Assembly (NCBI RefSeq): GCF_002918555.1
Contig: NZ_PQMB01000003.1
Span: 991,458-1,055,457, forward strand
Source: Citrobacter amalonaticus
GTDB lineage: Bacteria; Pseudomonadota; Gammaproteobacteria; Enterobacterales; Enterobacteriaceae
Length of the DNA: 64,000 nucleotides
Reading direction: 5' to 3'
Under the pieces are notes generated by a model. The model worked only from the letters and a program-made list of their open reading frames with translations. It had not been told where the DNA came from and made no database searches. This document shows positions 14,161 through 24,799 of the stretch, piece by piece. The position numbers and the translations under genes were made by a program. Numbering within the stretch: position 1 is the first letter of the stretch; the number at the start of each line of letters is the position of its first letter.

Positions 14161-15636
14161 ATGAATACCCAGTATAATTCCAGCTATATTTTTTCGATTA
14201 CTTTAGTCGCAACATTAGGAGGGTTATTATTTGGCTACGATACCGCCGTTATCTCCGGCACCGTCGAGTCACTGAATACCATTTTTGTTGCCCCACAAAA
14301 TTTAAGTGAATCCGCCGCCAACTCCCTGCTGGGGTTCTGCGTCGCCAGCGCGCTGATTGGCTGTATCATTGGTGGCGCGATCGGCGGATACTGTAGTAAC
14401 CGGTTTGGTCGCCGGGATTCGCTTAAAATCGCTGCCCTGTTATTTTTTATTTCTGGCGTGGGTTCCGCGTGGCCGGAATCAGGATTCACCACAATTAATC
14501 CGGATAATACTGTTCCTCTCTATTTAGCCGGATATGTCCCTGAATTTGTTATTTATCGTATTATTGGTGGTATCGGCGTTGGTTTAGCGTCGATGCTTTC
14601 GCCAATGTATATTGCCGAACTGGCACCCGCCCACATTCGTGGAAAACTGGTTTCATTTAATCAGTTCGCCATTATTTTTGGTCAGTTACTGGTGTACTGC
14701 GTCAATTATTTCATTGCGAAATCCGGCGACGCCAGCTGGCTGAATACTCACGGTTGGCGTTACATGTTTGCGTCAGAATGTATTCCGGCGCTGCTATTTT
14801 TGCTGCTGCTGTATACCGTACCGGAAAGCCCGCGCTGGCTGATGGCACGCGGTAAACAGGAACAGGCCGAAGGGATCCTGCGCAAGATTATGGGCGCGTC
14901 GCTTGCAACCCAGGCGATACAGGAGATTAACCAGTCTCTGGAACATGGTCGCAAAACTGGCGGTCGTCTGCTGATGTTCGGCGCAGGGGTGGTGGTTATC
15001 GGCGTGATGCTGTCCGTATTTCAGCAGTTTGTCGGTATCAACGTGGTGCTCTACTACGCGCCGGAGGTCTTTAAAACGCTGGGCGCCAGCACCGATGTGG
15101 CGCTGTTGCAGACCATCATTGTTGGCGTAATTAACCTGAGCTTTACCGTGCTGGCGATCATGACGGTGGACAAATTTGGCCGCAAACCGCTGCAAATTAT
15201 CGGCGCACTCGGTATGGCAATAGGTATGTTCAGCCTCGGCACCGCGTTTTATACGCAGGCACCGGGGATCGTCGCGTTGCTGTCGATGCTGTTCTACGTC
15301 GCCGCGTTCGCGATGTCCTGGGGACCGGTTTGCTGGGTATTGCTGGCAGAAATCTTTCCCAATGCGATTCGTGGAAAGGCGCTCGCGATAGCCGTTGCCG
15401 CCCAGTGGCTGGCAAACTACTTTGTCTCCTGGACCTTCCCGATGATGGATAAGAATTCGTGGCTGGTTTCCCATTTCCATAACGGCTTCTCCTACTGGAT
15501 CTACGGCTGCATGGGCGTTCTGGCGGCGCTGTTCATGTGGAAATTCGTACCGGAAACCAAAGGCAGAACGCTGGAGGAACTGGAAGAGCTGTGGGTACCC
15601 GCGAAGGAAAAAGCATCTGAAGCTGAAGCACTGTAA
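14161..15636 (+). CDS. xylE: D-xylose:H+ symporter XylE (MFS, 491 aa)
   Basis: MNTQYNSSYIFSITLVATLGGLLFGYDTAVISGTVESLNT... near-identical to E. coli XylE. Confidence 0.93.
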   Translation: MNTQYNSSYIFSITLVATLGGLLFGYDTAVISGTVESLNTIFVAPQNLSESAANSLLGFCVASALIGCIIGGAIGGYCSNRFGRRDSLKIAALLFFISGVGSAWPESGFTTINPDNTVPLYLAGYVPEFVIYRIIGGIGVGLASMLSPMYIAELAPAHIRGKLVSFNQFAIIFGQLLVYCVNYFIAKSGDASWLNTHGWRYMFASECIPALLFLLLLYTVPESPRWLMARGKQEQAEGILRKIMGASLATQAIQEINQSLEHGRKTGGRLLMFGAGVVVIGVMLSVFQQFVGINVVLYYAPEVFKTLGASTDVALLQTIIVGVINLSFTVLAIMTVDKFGRKPLQIIGALGMAIGMFSLGTAFYTQAPGIVALLSMLFYVAAFAMSWGPVCWVLLAEIFPNAIRGKALAIAVAAQWLANYFVSWTFPMMDKNSWLVSHFHNGFSYWIYGCMGVLAALFMWKFVPETKGRTLEELEELWVPAKEKASEAEAL

Positions 15637-15645
15637 TCGCTTAGT

Positions 15646-15663
15646 GGTGGCCGACAGGCCACC
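15646..15663. terminator. Hairpin (GGTGGCC-gaca-GGCCACC) between convergent xylE and GntR-regulator genes
   Basis: Perfect 7-bp-arm inverted repeat in a 41-bp convergent intergenic gap. Confidence 0.45.
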
Positions 15664-15677
15664 TGTTCATATCGACA

Positions 15678-16382
15678 CTACACGCGGACAAAATCGGTTT
15701 CAAAATTAAACGAGTGCCAGAGATGACGGGCGCAGGAGTATTCAAACAGCCTGCCATTATCAAGAAACGCCGTCTGTTCTACCTGAATCAGTACCGCAGG
15801 TTCCGCCAACGCCAGCCACTGACGCTCCTGTTCGCTGGCGCTGATCCCCGTCACCTTCATATGCGCGCTGTGAATGGTGAAGCCTGACTCGTGGGTAATA
15901 TAGGCATAAATGGAGTGCTGGATATGGCTCAGGTTCAGATGGGGAAACAGGGCGACCGGCATCCAGGTATGCTCAACAATCGACGGAATATCATCAATAA
16001 TACGCACCCGATGGATCTCATGAACCAGCTCGCCTTCCGGGATCTGCAATTTTTGCGCAATATCCTGATGGGCAGGGACGGCAGCATATTGCTGAACGCG
16101 CGTAGACAACGTTTGACCATAGCTGGCGCAGCGTTGCGCAGTCCCGATCAGGTGTGAGTTGCTGGCGGCGGACGCCTGACGCTTAACAAACGAACCCAGC
16201 CCACGCTTGCGTAACACCAGACCTTCCCTGACCAGCAGTTCCAGCGCCTTGGCGATGGTTAATTCGCTACAGCTAAATTCAGCGGCAAGTTTAGCGCCTT
16301 CAGGGAGTTTGTTATCCGGAGCATAGATACCCGCCACAATGCGGCGTCGCACCTCCTGGTATATATCCATATATTTAGGCAT
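15678..16382 (-). CDS. GntR/HutC-family transcriptional regulator (wHTH + UTRA effector domain), 234 aa
   Basis: N-terminal GntR HTH (...LPEGAKLAAEFSCSELTIAKALELLVREGLVLRKRGLGSFV...) plus ~150-aa C-terminal UTRA-like domain; last gene of a 4-gene minus-strand cluster. Confidence 0.8.
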   Translation of the reverse strand: MPKYMDIYQEVRRRIVAGIYAPDNKLPEGAKLAAEFSCSELTIAKALELLVREGLVLRKRGLGSFVKRQASAASNSHLIGTAQRCASYGQTLSTRVQQYAAVPAHQDIAQKLQIPEGELVHEIHRVRIIDDIPSIVEHTWMPVALFPHLNLSHIQHSIYAYITHESGFTIHSAHMKVTGISASEQERQWLALAEPAVLIQVEQTAFLDNGRLFEYSCARHLWHSFNFETDFVRV

Positions 16383-16421
16383 AAATCCTCCGCAAACGGC
16401 CCCTGACGGAGCCGGATAAAA

Positions 16422-17288
16422 TTATCGGGACAGTGATGCCGCCATACGTACCCAGGTATGCCGTCGTCCCCGAATCGCCACCGATAGCGCATTGAGCGCC
16501 TGCGGGTCGGCCATTCCCGCGACCCCCGCATCACCAAAATTGTGCATATCGCTACCGCAACGCTTACTGGCCAGGCCGATTTCGCGCACCGTAGCACAAT
16601 CCGCGCCCTCCTGACTACTGCTCAGGGTCGTCACGGCAATACCGCCATGCGCCTGTACCGCCTGCACAATCTCTCTGACAAGCGTTTCCGACGCGCCGCG
16701 ACATCCGGCTGGCGCCGGGAAGATAACCCCATCCGCCCCGGCCCTGACGTAGCTGGCGTACTCTTCCGGCAGCGTGAGTCCTGACGTATAGAATTTCGCC
16801 GCCAGAATCAGCTTATCCGTTTGCGTGCGCAGCTGAGCAATAGCCTGACGCATACGTTCGGCGGTTACCCCGGGTTTGTCGTATCCGGTGAGACAATAAA
16901 AGTCCGCGTGCTGCATCGCATGTAAATGCGCTGGCGAAAAAGCGTTGGCATGGGAAGCCTCTTCCTCTGCCAGAACCTCAAAACTGACGCCGGTTAAGCG
17001 CCCGGTCAGGCATTTAATCTGTGCGACAGGATTGTCACCAAATCGGTCATCGCTGCCGTTAAGTTCAGGTTGCAGGCAGTTGATCCCTTTCAGTAACAGC
17101 AAATCAGCGCCAAACGCGCACAGCAGTTCGGCATTCGTCACCTCAGCAAACAGCGGCGGCGTCTGCACGGCGACCTCAGCCATAATCACCCGCCCTTCAC
17201 TGGCAACGATCGCTTCGCGCAGCGCCTCACCCGTTACCGGCAGACGAAAGTCGCTGGCCCGACAATTGAGGATCCTTTTCATCACCAC
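16422..17288 (-). CDS. Hypothetical protein (288 aa), possible sugar-phosphate-metabolising enzyme; function unknown
   Basis: Intact ORF, 7-nt overlap with the upstream oxidoreductase gene (translational coupling); no family recognised by eye. Confidence 0.6.
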   Translation of the reverse strand: MVMKRILNCRASDFRLPVTGEALREAIVASEGRVIMAEVAVQTPPLFAEVTNAELLCAFGADLLLLKGINCLQPELNGSDDRFGDNPVAQIKCLTGRLTGVSFEVLAEEEASHANAFSPAHLHAMQHADFYCLTGYDKPGVTAERMRQAIAQLRTQTDKLILAAKFYTSGLTLPEEYASYVRAGADGVIFPAPAGCRGASETLVREIVQAVQAHGGIAVTTLSSSQEGADCATVREIGLASKRCGSDMHNFGDAGVAGMADPQALNALSVAIRGRRHTWVRMAASLSR

Positions 17289-18328
17289 ACCTCCCCCTTC
17301 AGAGTGACAATCGCGGGCGAAGGCTGATGAAATGCCTTATCCAGAATTTCGAGATTGGTCAGCGCCTCGCGTTCACTGACGTAGTTCGCCGTTCCCGTTG
17401 TCAGGGTTTCGTAAAGCGCATCGTAAACACGGCCATAATCACCCGCAACTGGCGGAATTTCCTCGCGTACCGACTCTCCGGCCTCATTAATATACTCGAG
17501 TACGGCCATCTGCGGATCCGCGCCAAAACTCGCTTCTCCCGGCATGATGCCGGCCTTCAGGCTGGTTTCCTGCCGATCGATACCGTAGCGAACAAACGAA
17601 CCACGCGTGCCATGAACCGTAAATCGCGGATACGGAATGCTGACCAGATGGCTGGTTTTAACAATCGCTTTTACCCTGCCATAATAGAGATGCACGTCGA
17701 ACGTATCGTCCGGATTAAGCGGATTTCGCAGCTGTCGCAGGTGATACCCAACCTGCTGCGGCCGCCCCAGCAAGGCGATGATTTGATCGACGGTATGCAC
17801 CCCCAGACCATAGAACGCACCGTTAAAATAGCTTCCGGGCTGGGTTTCCGCTTCGGGACGGAAATAGTCAAAATGGCTTTCCACCTCCACAATGTCGCCC
17901 AGCTTGCCGCTTTCAATGACCTGCTTCATGGTCAGGAAGCAGCTGTCAAACCGTCGGTTCTGAAACGGCGTCACGGTCAACCCTTTCTCGCGCGCCAGCG
18001 CAAACAGCGTTTTGGCCTCATCCAGCGTGGGGGTGAACGGTTTTTCCACCAGCACATTTTTACCGTGCTCAAGGCATAATCTGGCGTATTGATAGTGGCT
18101 GTCCGGATGGGTGCAGATAACCACCAGTTGGATCTCCCGATCGCTCAGGATATCGTCGAGCTGAGAAGTAAAGGTGATGTGTTGATATGGCGCGCTGGCT
18201 TCAATATCAGGCTTACGCGCAATATCGTAGATACGTTTCACATTATATTTATCCTTGCGCACAAGAACGTAGGGAAGATGGTAACGCGTGGCGCTTTTCC
18301 CAAAACCGATATAAGCACAATGAATCAT
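17282..18328 (-). CDS. Gfo/Idh/MocA-family NAD(P)-dependent oxidoreductase (348 aa)
   Basis: N-terminal Rossmann motif (IGFGKSATRYHLPYVL...), EKP motif (LVEKPFTPTLDEAKTL) typical of Gfo/Idh/MocA; 4-nt overlap with upstream PTS gene. Confidence 0.8.
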   Translation of the reverse strand: MIHCAYIGFGKSATRYHLPYVLVRKDKYNVKRIYDIARKPDIEASAPYQHITFTSQLDDILSDREIQLVVICTHPDSHYQYARLCLEHGKNVLVEKPFTPTLDEAKTLFALAREKGLTVTPFQNRRFDSCFLTMKQVIESGKLGDIVEVESHFDYFRPEAETQPGSYFNGAFYGLGVHTVDQIIALLGRPQQVGYHLRQLRNPLNPDDTFDVHLYYGRVKAIVKTSHLVSIPYPRFTVHGTRGSFVRYGIDRQETSLKAGIMPGEASFGADPQMAVLEYINEAGESVREEIPPVAGDYGRVYDALYETLTTGTANYVSEREALTNLEILDKAFHQPSPAIVTLKGEVW

Positions 18329-20019
18329 GATTTTTCCTTTTCAAAGAACGTCAACGCCGCCTCAATCGCCGCCTGGCCATCGAGTTTGCTGAAATGTTGG
18401 TGGTCAATCAGAGCCACAGGACAGTGGTGATTAATGTCCTGAACGATCGTTTCTTGCATATAAGCTAACTGTGGACCGAGCAGGATAAGCGAGGCTTTTT
18501 CATAATCCTCAACCAGTTTCCCGGCATTAACCGCGTAAATATTCAGGGTACAGTTCTGACTCCCGGTATATTTCCGCATCTTCGCGGCCATTAATGAAGT
18601 GGACATGCCTTCGTTGCAGGCCAGAATAATCGTTTTGCCATCCAGAATATGAATATCTGTGACTGTGGTTTTTTCTGCCTGTTCTCCCGACGCTATCTGC
18701 TCGATCACCTTTTCATTGCGGCTTTGCATTATCGAGCTTTCCCAGGCTTTTAAAAACGGCATATAGATAATCACGCCCAGCGCTAATAATCCCCCTTGCA
18801 AAACAACATTGCGAAAATCACCGCCGGACCCCAGCCATCCGGAGATAAAAGGAGGAACGGACCACGGTACATAGGCGACAATTTTCGATACCCATCCCCA
18901 GGACGTGGCGAAATAAGCGATAATAAAGTTAATTTGTGGATAGATGATAAAGGGGATCATCATCAATGGGTTATAGAGCACCGGAAAGCCAAATATCACC
19001 GGTTCGTTGATATTGAATATTCCGGGGGCGATCACCGTACGGCAAAACTTGCGGTGGCTGGATATTTTACTGCGCACAAAAATAGCTAACAATAAGGCCA
19101 GCGTGCTTCCCGTTCCTCCCATATGACCGTAGAGATCGCGAAACGGTAAAACAATAATATGCGGAGGGATCTGCCCACTGGCAAAAGCGGCCATATTTTC
19201 CTGCATCGCCACCAATAGCGGGGGTTCCAGCACAGGATTAATAATTCCTCCTGGATGAATTCCCAGTGAAAACAGCAGATTGGTCAGCGTCGTTAACACC
19301 AGAAAGCCCGGTAGATTGGTCGTCAGATGTACCAGCGGCGCCTGAATGAGCTGCTGAATCAGCGTCTGTATTTCCGTCTGCCCGACCATATTGACGGTAA
19401 AAGCAACGAGTGCAAAAACGCCGATTGTCAGCATAATCGAAAACATCGCCTGAAAGGACTGCACCACCATTGGCGGGACGTCATCGCCCAGGCGAATTTG
19501 TAATCTTTTACTTTTCGACACCCATAAAAAAAGATTGGTTGAGAGTATCGCGGTTAATATTGCCAGGAATACGCCACCGGCGTTGGTATATGCGTAGGGA
19601 ACAATGCCGGTCTGTTTTACCTCCTGAGCGTTTGCCAGCGTGATAGTTATTTCTACCGGCATCAGCACATAAAATGCCGCTAACGCGACCATCGCGGGGA
19701 TCATCGGCTCAGGGTATTTTTTCTTACTGGCGATATGATACGCAATTAATATCACTAACATCAGTGATAAAATATTCATCGTACCATTAAGGATGCGATC
19801 GCCAATATTATGTAAACGTAATAATGTTTCTGCGGAAAGAATAGTGCTGAATATGCCGCCAGGATCCAGAATGACATAATTCAGCATAATAAATAACCCT
19901 GCCAGTACAAGGAAGGGTACCGCGATAATAAAACTGTCGCGTAAGCTACGCAGATGAACCTCTGCGGCCATTTTCTGCGAGACGTCAGTTATCCGCCCCA
20001 ATAATGAGGACTGAGCCAT
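18325..20019 (-). CDS. PTS lactose/cellobiose-family EIIC-EIIB fusion permease (likely start MAQSS at 20019; ORF-track start 20055)
   Basis: Multi-TM EIIC domain followed by a C-terminal EIIB(Lac/Cel)-like domain (...KTIILACNEGMSTSLMAAKMRKY...); GGAGAG RBS before the ATG at 20019. Confidence 0.8.
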   Translation of the reverse strand: MAQSSLLGRITDVSQKMAAEVHLRSLRDSFIIAVPFLVLAGLFIMLNYVILDPGGIFSTILSAETLLRLHNIGDRILNGTMNILSLMLVILIAYHIASKKKYPEPMIPAMVALAAFYVLMPVEITITLANAQEVKQTGIVPYAYTNAGGVFLAILTAILSTNLFLWVSKSKRLQIRLGDDVPPMVVQSFQAMFSIMLTIGVFALVAFTVNMVGQTEIQTLIQQLIQAPLVHLTTNLPGFLVLTTLTNLLFSLGIHPGGIINPVLEPPLLVAMQENMAAFASGQIPPHIIVLPFRDLYGHMGGTGSTLALLLAIFVRSKISSHRKFCRTVIAPGIFNINEPVIFGFPVLYNPLMMIPFIIYPQINFIIAYFATSWGWVSKIVAYVPWSVPPFISGWLGSGGDFRNVVLQGGLLALGVIIYMPFLKAWESSIMQSRNEKVIEQIASGEQAEKTTVTDIHILDGKTIILACNEGMSTSLMAAKMRKYTGSQNCTLNIYAVNAGKLVEDYEKASLILLGPQLAYMQETIVQDINHHCPVALIDHQHFSKLDGQAAIEAALTFFEKEKS

Positions 20020-20100
20020 TTGCGCTCTCCATGAAATGTGAATGTGGACATCCACCTCTGGTGAGATCCCTCACCGCCATCAGGCTTCATGGGCAGGCAT

Positions 20101-20120
20101 TTAAAACTATATAGTTTTAA
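20101..20120. promoter_or_regulatory. Perfect 20-bp palindrome TTAAAACTATATAGTTTTAA upstream of the PTS operon; candidate operator (GntR/HutC-type TATATA core)
   Basis: Seen directly; sits in the 107-bp gap between the PTS gene start and psiE. Confidence 0.4.
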
Positions 20121-20162
20121 ATTAAATCCATATAGATCACATTTTGCGCAATGGCCTTTGTA

Positions 20163-20573
20163 TCATTCCCGTTTCAGTCGATTCGAATTACACAGCCAGA
20201 GGGTGATCACCAACAGCAGGAGCGCCGCCGAATAGATCAGCACATCCATTGGCGATTTATGATCGACGATGATCAAGCGCACAATCGCCGTGATCCCGAT
20301 ATACACAAAATAGCGCAGCGGAAAGTGAAAGCCTGACTGAAAGTACTTCACAATCAAGGCGATAAACTCGAAATAAAGGAAATAGACTACCAGTCCCTCC
20401 ACCAGCTCATACTTACTGGTTTGCTCCGGCGCGAACAGGACATCCGCGAGATGCAGCGTCTCTTTACCGAGGAATACCACCAGGATCAACCCCAGGCTCA
20501 GCAGCCCAAGATTCAGTATGGTCTGCAGGATGGTGGCAATAAATTCAAAACGTTGACGAAATGGTGACGTCAT
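20163..20573 (-). CDS. psiE: Phosphate-starvation-inducible protein PsiE (136 aa)
   Basis: [62 protein letters not shown]... matches E. coli PsiE (YjbA). Confidence 0.92.
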   Translation of the reverse strand: MTSPFRQRFEFIATILQTILNLGLLSLGLILVVFLGKETLHLADVLFAPEQTSKYELVEGLVVYFLYFEFIALIVKYFQSGFHFPLRYFVYIGITAIVRLIIVDHKSPMDVLIYSAALLLLVITLWLCNSNRLKRE

Positions 20574-20713
20574 AACAACACCTTTTTTCTAATAGCGAGG
20601 TCCCTGTATAACGCAAAAATGTGACGGTGATCTACATTTTTTGTTTATGTTTTGTTCAGGAAAGGTCAGTGAGGAATGATCAACACCACGATACATACCA
20701 CAGGAAGAGAAAA

Positions 20714-21166
20714 ATGCAGCGAAAACAGGCCGCCATCCGGAACGTCACCTGCGGTGAAAATGTAGTGATTTATGAACCCGCCAACCTCTATGACTGCCAG
20801 CTCGGCGACAATGTTTTTGTCGGACCATTCGTCGAAATTCAGGGAAATACGCAAATTGGCGCAGAGACTAAAATCCAGTCGCATTCCTTCATCTGCGAAT
20901 ATGTCACCCTGGGATCCCGATGCTTTATCGGCCACGGCGTGATGTTCGCCAACGATATGTTCCGGGAAGGCAAGCCCAATGCCGACCGGAACAGCTGGGG
21001 GCGGATTACCATTGGCGATGATGTCTCCATCGGCAGTGGCGCAACCATTCTGGCGGTCAGTATTTGCGATGGCGTGGTTATCGGTGCGGGGAGCGTGGTA
21101 ACTAAATCGATAACCGAGAGAGGCGTGTATGCAGGTAATCCGGCAAGATTGCTGCGCCGCCTGTAA
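20714..21166 (+). CDS. Left-handed beta-helix (hexapeptide-repeat) acyl/acetyltransferase (~150 aa; start MQRKQAA with AGGAAG RBS)
   Basis: Repeated [LIV]G-x4 hexapeptide motifs (IGDDVSIGSGATILAVSICDGVVIGAGSVV); the ORF-track N-terminal extension from 20621 lacks an RBS. Confidence 0.7.
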   Translation: MQRKQAAIRNVTCGENVVIYEPANLYDCQLGDNVFVGPFVEIQGNTQIGAETKIQSHSFICEYVTLGSRCFIGHGVMFANDMFREGKPNADRNSWGRITIGDDVSIGSGATILAVSICDGVVIGAGSVVTKSITERGVYAGNPARLLRRL

Positions 21167-21214
21167 ATCGCCCGGTGGCGCAGACGGTTACCTGGCCTGC
21201 GACAGATGAGTCAT

Positions 21215-21250
21215 GCCCTGGCCGGATAAACGAAGCGTCATCCGGCGCAG
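21215..21250. repeat. REP-like palindromic element (GCCGGATAAACGAAGCGTCATCCGGC)
   Basis: Characteristic GCCGGATAA...ATCCGGC imperfect palindrome between convergent genes. Confidence 0.5.
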
Positions 21251-21267
21251 ATATCCCCCCTCGCAGG

Positions 21268-23364
21268 TCAACGGAAGTTTATGCTGCGATCGCTGGTCAT
21301 GTCGTACAGCTGAAACTTACGTCCAAGCTGCTGACCACCGTCACGCGTCAACGGTGTCCAGCCAATCGCTGCCCGACTGCGGGTCGGGCCTGACGAGAAG
21401 AGATCCAGCGGCACGGAAACATAGACACCTTTGGTGAAGTCCCCTTCCCCGTATTCATCCGCCGACACGTTGGTGATAGTCGCATAGCCGCCCACCACCA
21501 CACCGCTGTCGAAGCGTTTAGAAATATCCAGCGTTCCGCCTTTGTCGCCTGCCAGATATTGCCCGACGCTCGCTTTCACCAACACGTCCTGAGCGAAAGA
21601 CGGAGTCCAGTAAGCGGTCAGATGCCCGGTCTTCACGCTATAGTCGGTAAATTTCATCATGTCCTGTGCGCTGCGCCAGTCACGCTGTTTCACATAGTTC
21701 GCATCCAGGCCGAACGCCCAGTTGCTGTCCACCGGACGATACAGCACTTCCGCCCCCGCGCCGCCATACATCGTCTCAAGGTAACCCCCATAGGCCTGGC
21801 CATAGAAACCGTTGCCAAAATACTGGAAGTAGTTAGCTTGCAGGTTGTTGACGTAAACATCGTTTTGCACATACTCACGCACGCGGGTTCGCACGCGCGG
21901 CAGATGTGAGTCGTTCGGTGGGTTGGTGTAGTTAAATTTGTCGTAGTTATTGGCAAGGTTAGCAAACACGCTACCGGTGGTGAGCAGATGATCCGTCACC
22001 CACAGGTCTGCCGTCCCCATTACGCCCAGCTGGTACATGTAGAAGTTTTCCGGGCCGCCCACAGACTGGTTGAGAACCGGATCAAGGTGGAAATCAAAGC
22101 GTGATTTGTCGATATACCACCCCTGCTCGGTGATTTCCGGGACGATCGGCTCCACCCGCTTTTGCGCCAGCGGGGTCTCATGGCCCAGCGGCTCCCCTTC
22201 CAGGTGCCGTTGCAGGCTGGACACTTCCGTTTCGGTGGTGACCTGCGGCATGTTGAGGCGATTTTCGGTTACCCGGATCGTGCGGATCCCTTCCGGCAGG
22301 GCGTTCATCACGATCCGATTCGCGCGTTCGATCCCTTCCCGCGAATCACGGTATTTCACCTGCTCGCCGGTCACATACAGCGTGTCGCCTTTTACCTGGA
22401 TTTTGGGATCCGCCAGCCCGGCGTTGTATTTCAGGAGCGTCAGCTGATTAGCCACCACCGAATGTTGCAGGATGGCATCCTGCGGCTCCGGCTGGTATTT
22501 CGGTCGCGGATTGTCGCTATAGGAAGGACGCAAATCATTGAAGTTGGTGCGTAGCGTAACCCCAAACATAAAGGTATTACCGCGCTCATAGCTGAGGTTG
22601 ACGTCGGCCCAATCGGTGACGCGGTAAATGGCGCCGACGTTAAATTTGCTCTTCTGTTCCAGCTTGCCCGCAAAATCCTGCTGGTAATTATTCCCTTCAT
22701 ACTCCAGCTTCAGGCGCAGTGGCTGCCAGGGCGTCTGGTACTCAACGCCGCCAAACAGCGATGCCGGTCCGTGGAACATCTGGCTACCGTCAACAGATCC
22801 CGCCTGTTTGTAGCTGTTATCACGGTAGCAATACTTATCGCTGTATGAACAGAATGGGTTACTCACGTTGCCGCTGGTCCCCAGATAGCCCCAGCCAAGG
22901 CCAAGCGAGAAATCAAAGGGTCCCCAGGCTTTATTTGCCACAATGTATTCTGCGTCAAACAGACCGGTACCGCCGATATCGCGAGCGCCAGCGGCCACTT
23001 GTGGCATCCAGTCACTCTCTTCCCACAGCCGTAACTTCAGGTCGAAAGCCTTATCTTTGTAGGTCTGATCGCCGGAGAAGGACTCCACGCTGCTGTATTG
23101 TTTGGTTCGCACGTCGGTATAGCGCAGCGTCGTTTCCAGCCACGGAAAGAGCTGTGCAGAGGCGGAATAGTAGCGGTACTGATCGTTATCACGGTAATTC
23201 AGACTCATTTCGCCTTCCCGCGCCATTCGCGCCGTAGGCGTTTGCAACAGCCCCACGCCGCCAAAGTCAGACTGCGATGGCCCAATGGGGGCAGGATATG
23301 TTTCGGCATGACAGGCCGCGCTGATGCCCAGCGCCAGTAAGCTGAGCAGATATGTTTTTTTCAT
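21268..23364 (-). CDS. yjbH: YjbH outer-membrane beta-barrel protein of the yjbEFGH exopolysaccharide operon (698 aa)
   Basis: Length and sequence match E. coli YjbH; last gene of the yjbEFGH cluster. Confidence 0.9.
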   Translation of the reverse strand: MKKTYLLSLLALGISAACHAETYPAPIGPSQSDFGGVGLLQTPTARMAREGEMSLNYRDNDQYRYYSASAQLFPWLETTLRYTDVRTKQYSSVESFSGDQTYKDKAFDLKLRLWEESDWMPQVAAGARDIGGTGLFDAEYIVANKAWGPFDFSLGLGWGYLGTSGNVSNPFCSYSDKYCYRDNSYKQAGSVDGSQMFHGPASLFGGVEYQTPWQPLRLKLEYEGNNYQQDFAGKLEQKSKFNVGAIYRVTDWADVNLSYERGNTFMFGVTLRTNFNDLRPSYSDNPRPKYQPEPQDAILQHSVVANQLTLLKYNAGLADPKIQVKGDTLYVTGEQVKYRDSREGIERANRIVMNALPEGIRTIRVTENRLNMPQVTTETEVSSLQRHLEGEPLGHETPLAQKRVEPIVPEITEQGWYIDKSRFDFHLDPVLNQSVGGPENFYMYQLGVMGTADLWVTDHLLTTGSVFANLANNYDKFNYTNPPNDSHLPRVRTRVREYVQNDVYVNNLQANYFQYFGNGFYGQAYGGYLETMYGGAGAEVLYRPVDSNWAFGLDANYVKQRDWRSAQDMMKFTDYSVKTGHLTAYWTPSFAQDVLVKASVGQYLAGDKGGTLDISKRFDSGVVVGGYATITNVSADEYGEGDFTKGVYVSVPLDLFSSGPTRSRAAIGWTPLTRDGGQQLGRKFQLYDMTSDRSINFR

Positions 23365-24101
23365 TACTCGGGTATCCGCTGCGTCAGGGTATGAAGAATG
23401 TCGGCATTCAGCGCATCCGGCGTGCGACTCCAGACGGAACCGGCCAGACCAACAAAAATGATGCTGCCGGGCATCGGCTCTACGTGGCGCTTATTCCAGT
23501 AAGCGATCGGCACTTTCTGCGTGCGACCGTCGGGATATACAATCCACGCATAGCTGCGCTCCGCCCCGCTGAGCAGGCTTTGTCCTTCGAGATAACTGAA
23601 GACATCGCGTCCTGGAGTAAATAGCTGGCGGCCAGGCCGGTTTATCATCCCAAAGAGCGTCACCGTGGTCGGCTGTGGACCTACCCACAGGGTGTAATTC
23701 CCTTGCAGCGACGGATTACCGCGTTCACTCACCCGAACACTATCGGGGTCAAGATTCACCTGCTGTCTGCCAGTGACCTTCAGGGCCTGAATTTGCTGAC
23801 GCAGCGCGTTTATTGCAGCGGCATCGTCACCCCTTTCATCGGCGCTCAGCGCCACCAGACGTCCCAGCAGCGCCTGCTGCTGGCGCTGTGCCGTCGCGGT
23901 CGCCTGCTCTTCACCGATCACCGCCGCAGGCCACCAGCTGTTTGCCAGCCGTGGCTGTCCCACCAGATCGATCAGATGCTCCGCGCCGGTAAGGGTTTTC
24001 GGCTCTGGACTATCGGGCGTAAAGACGTTGACCGTGCCAACCGCAAAAACAGATGACGCGCCCAGGCTAAAAAGCAGCGCGGTAAGGGCCCGTTTCATCA
24101 T
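23364..24101 (-). CDS. yjbG: YjbG (245 aa)
   Basis: Matches E. coli YjbG (…LANSWWP…VTGRQ…NADIL.TLTQRIP); start overlaps yjbF stop (ATGA). Confidence 0.88.
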   Translation of the reverse strand: MMKRALTALLFSLGASSVFAVGTVNVFTPDSPEPKTLTGAEHLIDLVGQPRLANSWWPAAVIGEEQATATAQRQQQALLGRLVALSADERGDDAAAINALRQQIQALKVTGRQQVNLDPDSVRVSERGNPSLQGNYTLWVGPQPTTVTLFGMINRPGRQLFTPGRDVFSYLEGQSLLSGAERSYAWIVYPDGRTQKVPIAYWNKRHVEPMPGSIIFVGLAGSVWSRTPDALNADILHTLTQRIPE

Positions 24102-24736
24102 GATTTTGCCGCCTTAATGAGCGTGGTTTTCACCGGGAAGAAATTTGCACCGAGAGTCTGTTCGGACTGACGAATTTTCGCTTCGTTATCAATCCAGTAG
24201 CGGTTATGCCATTGCGTATGATCGGTAGTGACCTCTTCATCAAGAATGCGTACCGGCGTTACATCGTTCCCAACCTTAATGCTGTCGGTCCCCTTCCATT
24301 TGAACACCGATCGCGCGGTGGCGTAGCGCACCTGTTTATGCTCGGTCCAGCCCATGGTGCGGGTCCAGGTTGCACCATCGATAATTTGTGTGGGTTGAGC
24401 CAACGGATCGGCGGCCAGATTATTCACGTCAATCAGGTTGTCGCCGCCGAACAACGTTTTCACCAGACGGCCATGCTGCGTCACGATAGTCGCCTGATCC
24501 TGCGTCACCCATTTCTGCTGCCCGTTCTCTGCGAAAGCGAGCACCACAAACAGCTGCGGCCCGCCGTTGAGCTGCATATACTGGCTGGCATAAGGCATAT
24601 TCTGAATATCGTCATCCGTGAGCTGCACGCCTGGCGTACCGAACACACTTTCCCACAGCGAGTTGCCCAGCTCCTTTGTGGTGGCTGAGCATGCCTGTAA
24701 CAGCAGGCAAATTAGTATGAGCGCAGGTCGCTTCAC
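24098..24736 (-). CDS. yjbF: YjbF lipoprotein (probable GTG start at VKRPALILICLLLQACS)
   Basis: Lipobox LLQAC and similarity to E. coli YjbF. Confidence 0.85.
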   Translation of the reverse strand: MKRPALILICLLLQACSATTKELGNSLWESVFGTPGVQLTDDDIQNMPYASQYMQLNGGPQLFVVLAFAENGQQKWVTQDQATIVTQHGRLVKTLFGGDNLIDVNNLAADPLAQPTQIIDGATWTRTMGWTEHKQVRYATARSVFKWKGTDSIKVGNDVTPVRILDEEVTTDHTQWHNRYWIDNEAKIRQSEQTLGANFFPVKTTLIKAAKS

Positions 24737-24799
24737 GACGCTTCTCCAGAGGGGCAAAATAACCACACCGAAGTGTGGTTATGGTTAAACGTACCGGTA

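Noticed and set aside
14794-15480. 228-aa minus-strand ORF inside xylE
   Set aside because: Antisense to a full-length conserved transporter gene; His/Arg-rich nonsense composition.
17327-18079. 250-aa plus-strand ORF opposite the Gfo/Idh/MocA gene; similar long antisense ORFs at 27231..28007 and 28113..28787 (pgi), 29358..30035 (lysC), 10393..10983 (malE), 7015..7674 (lamB)
   Set aside because: All are antisense shadows of well-supported genes with no independent coding signal.
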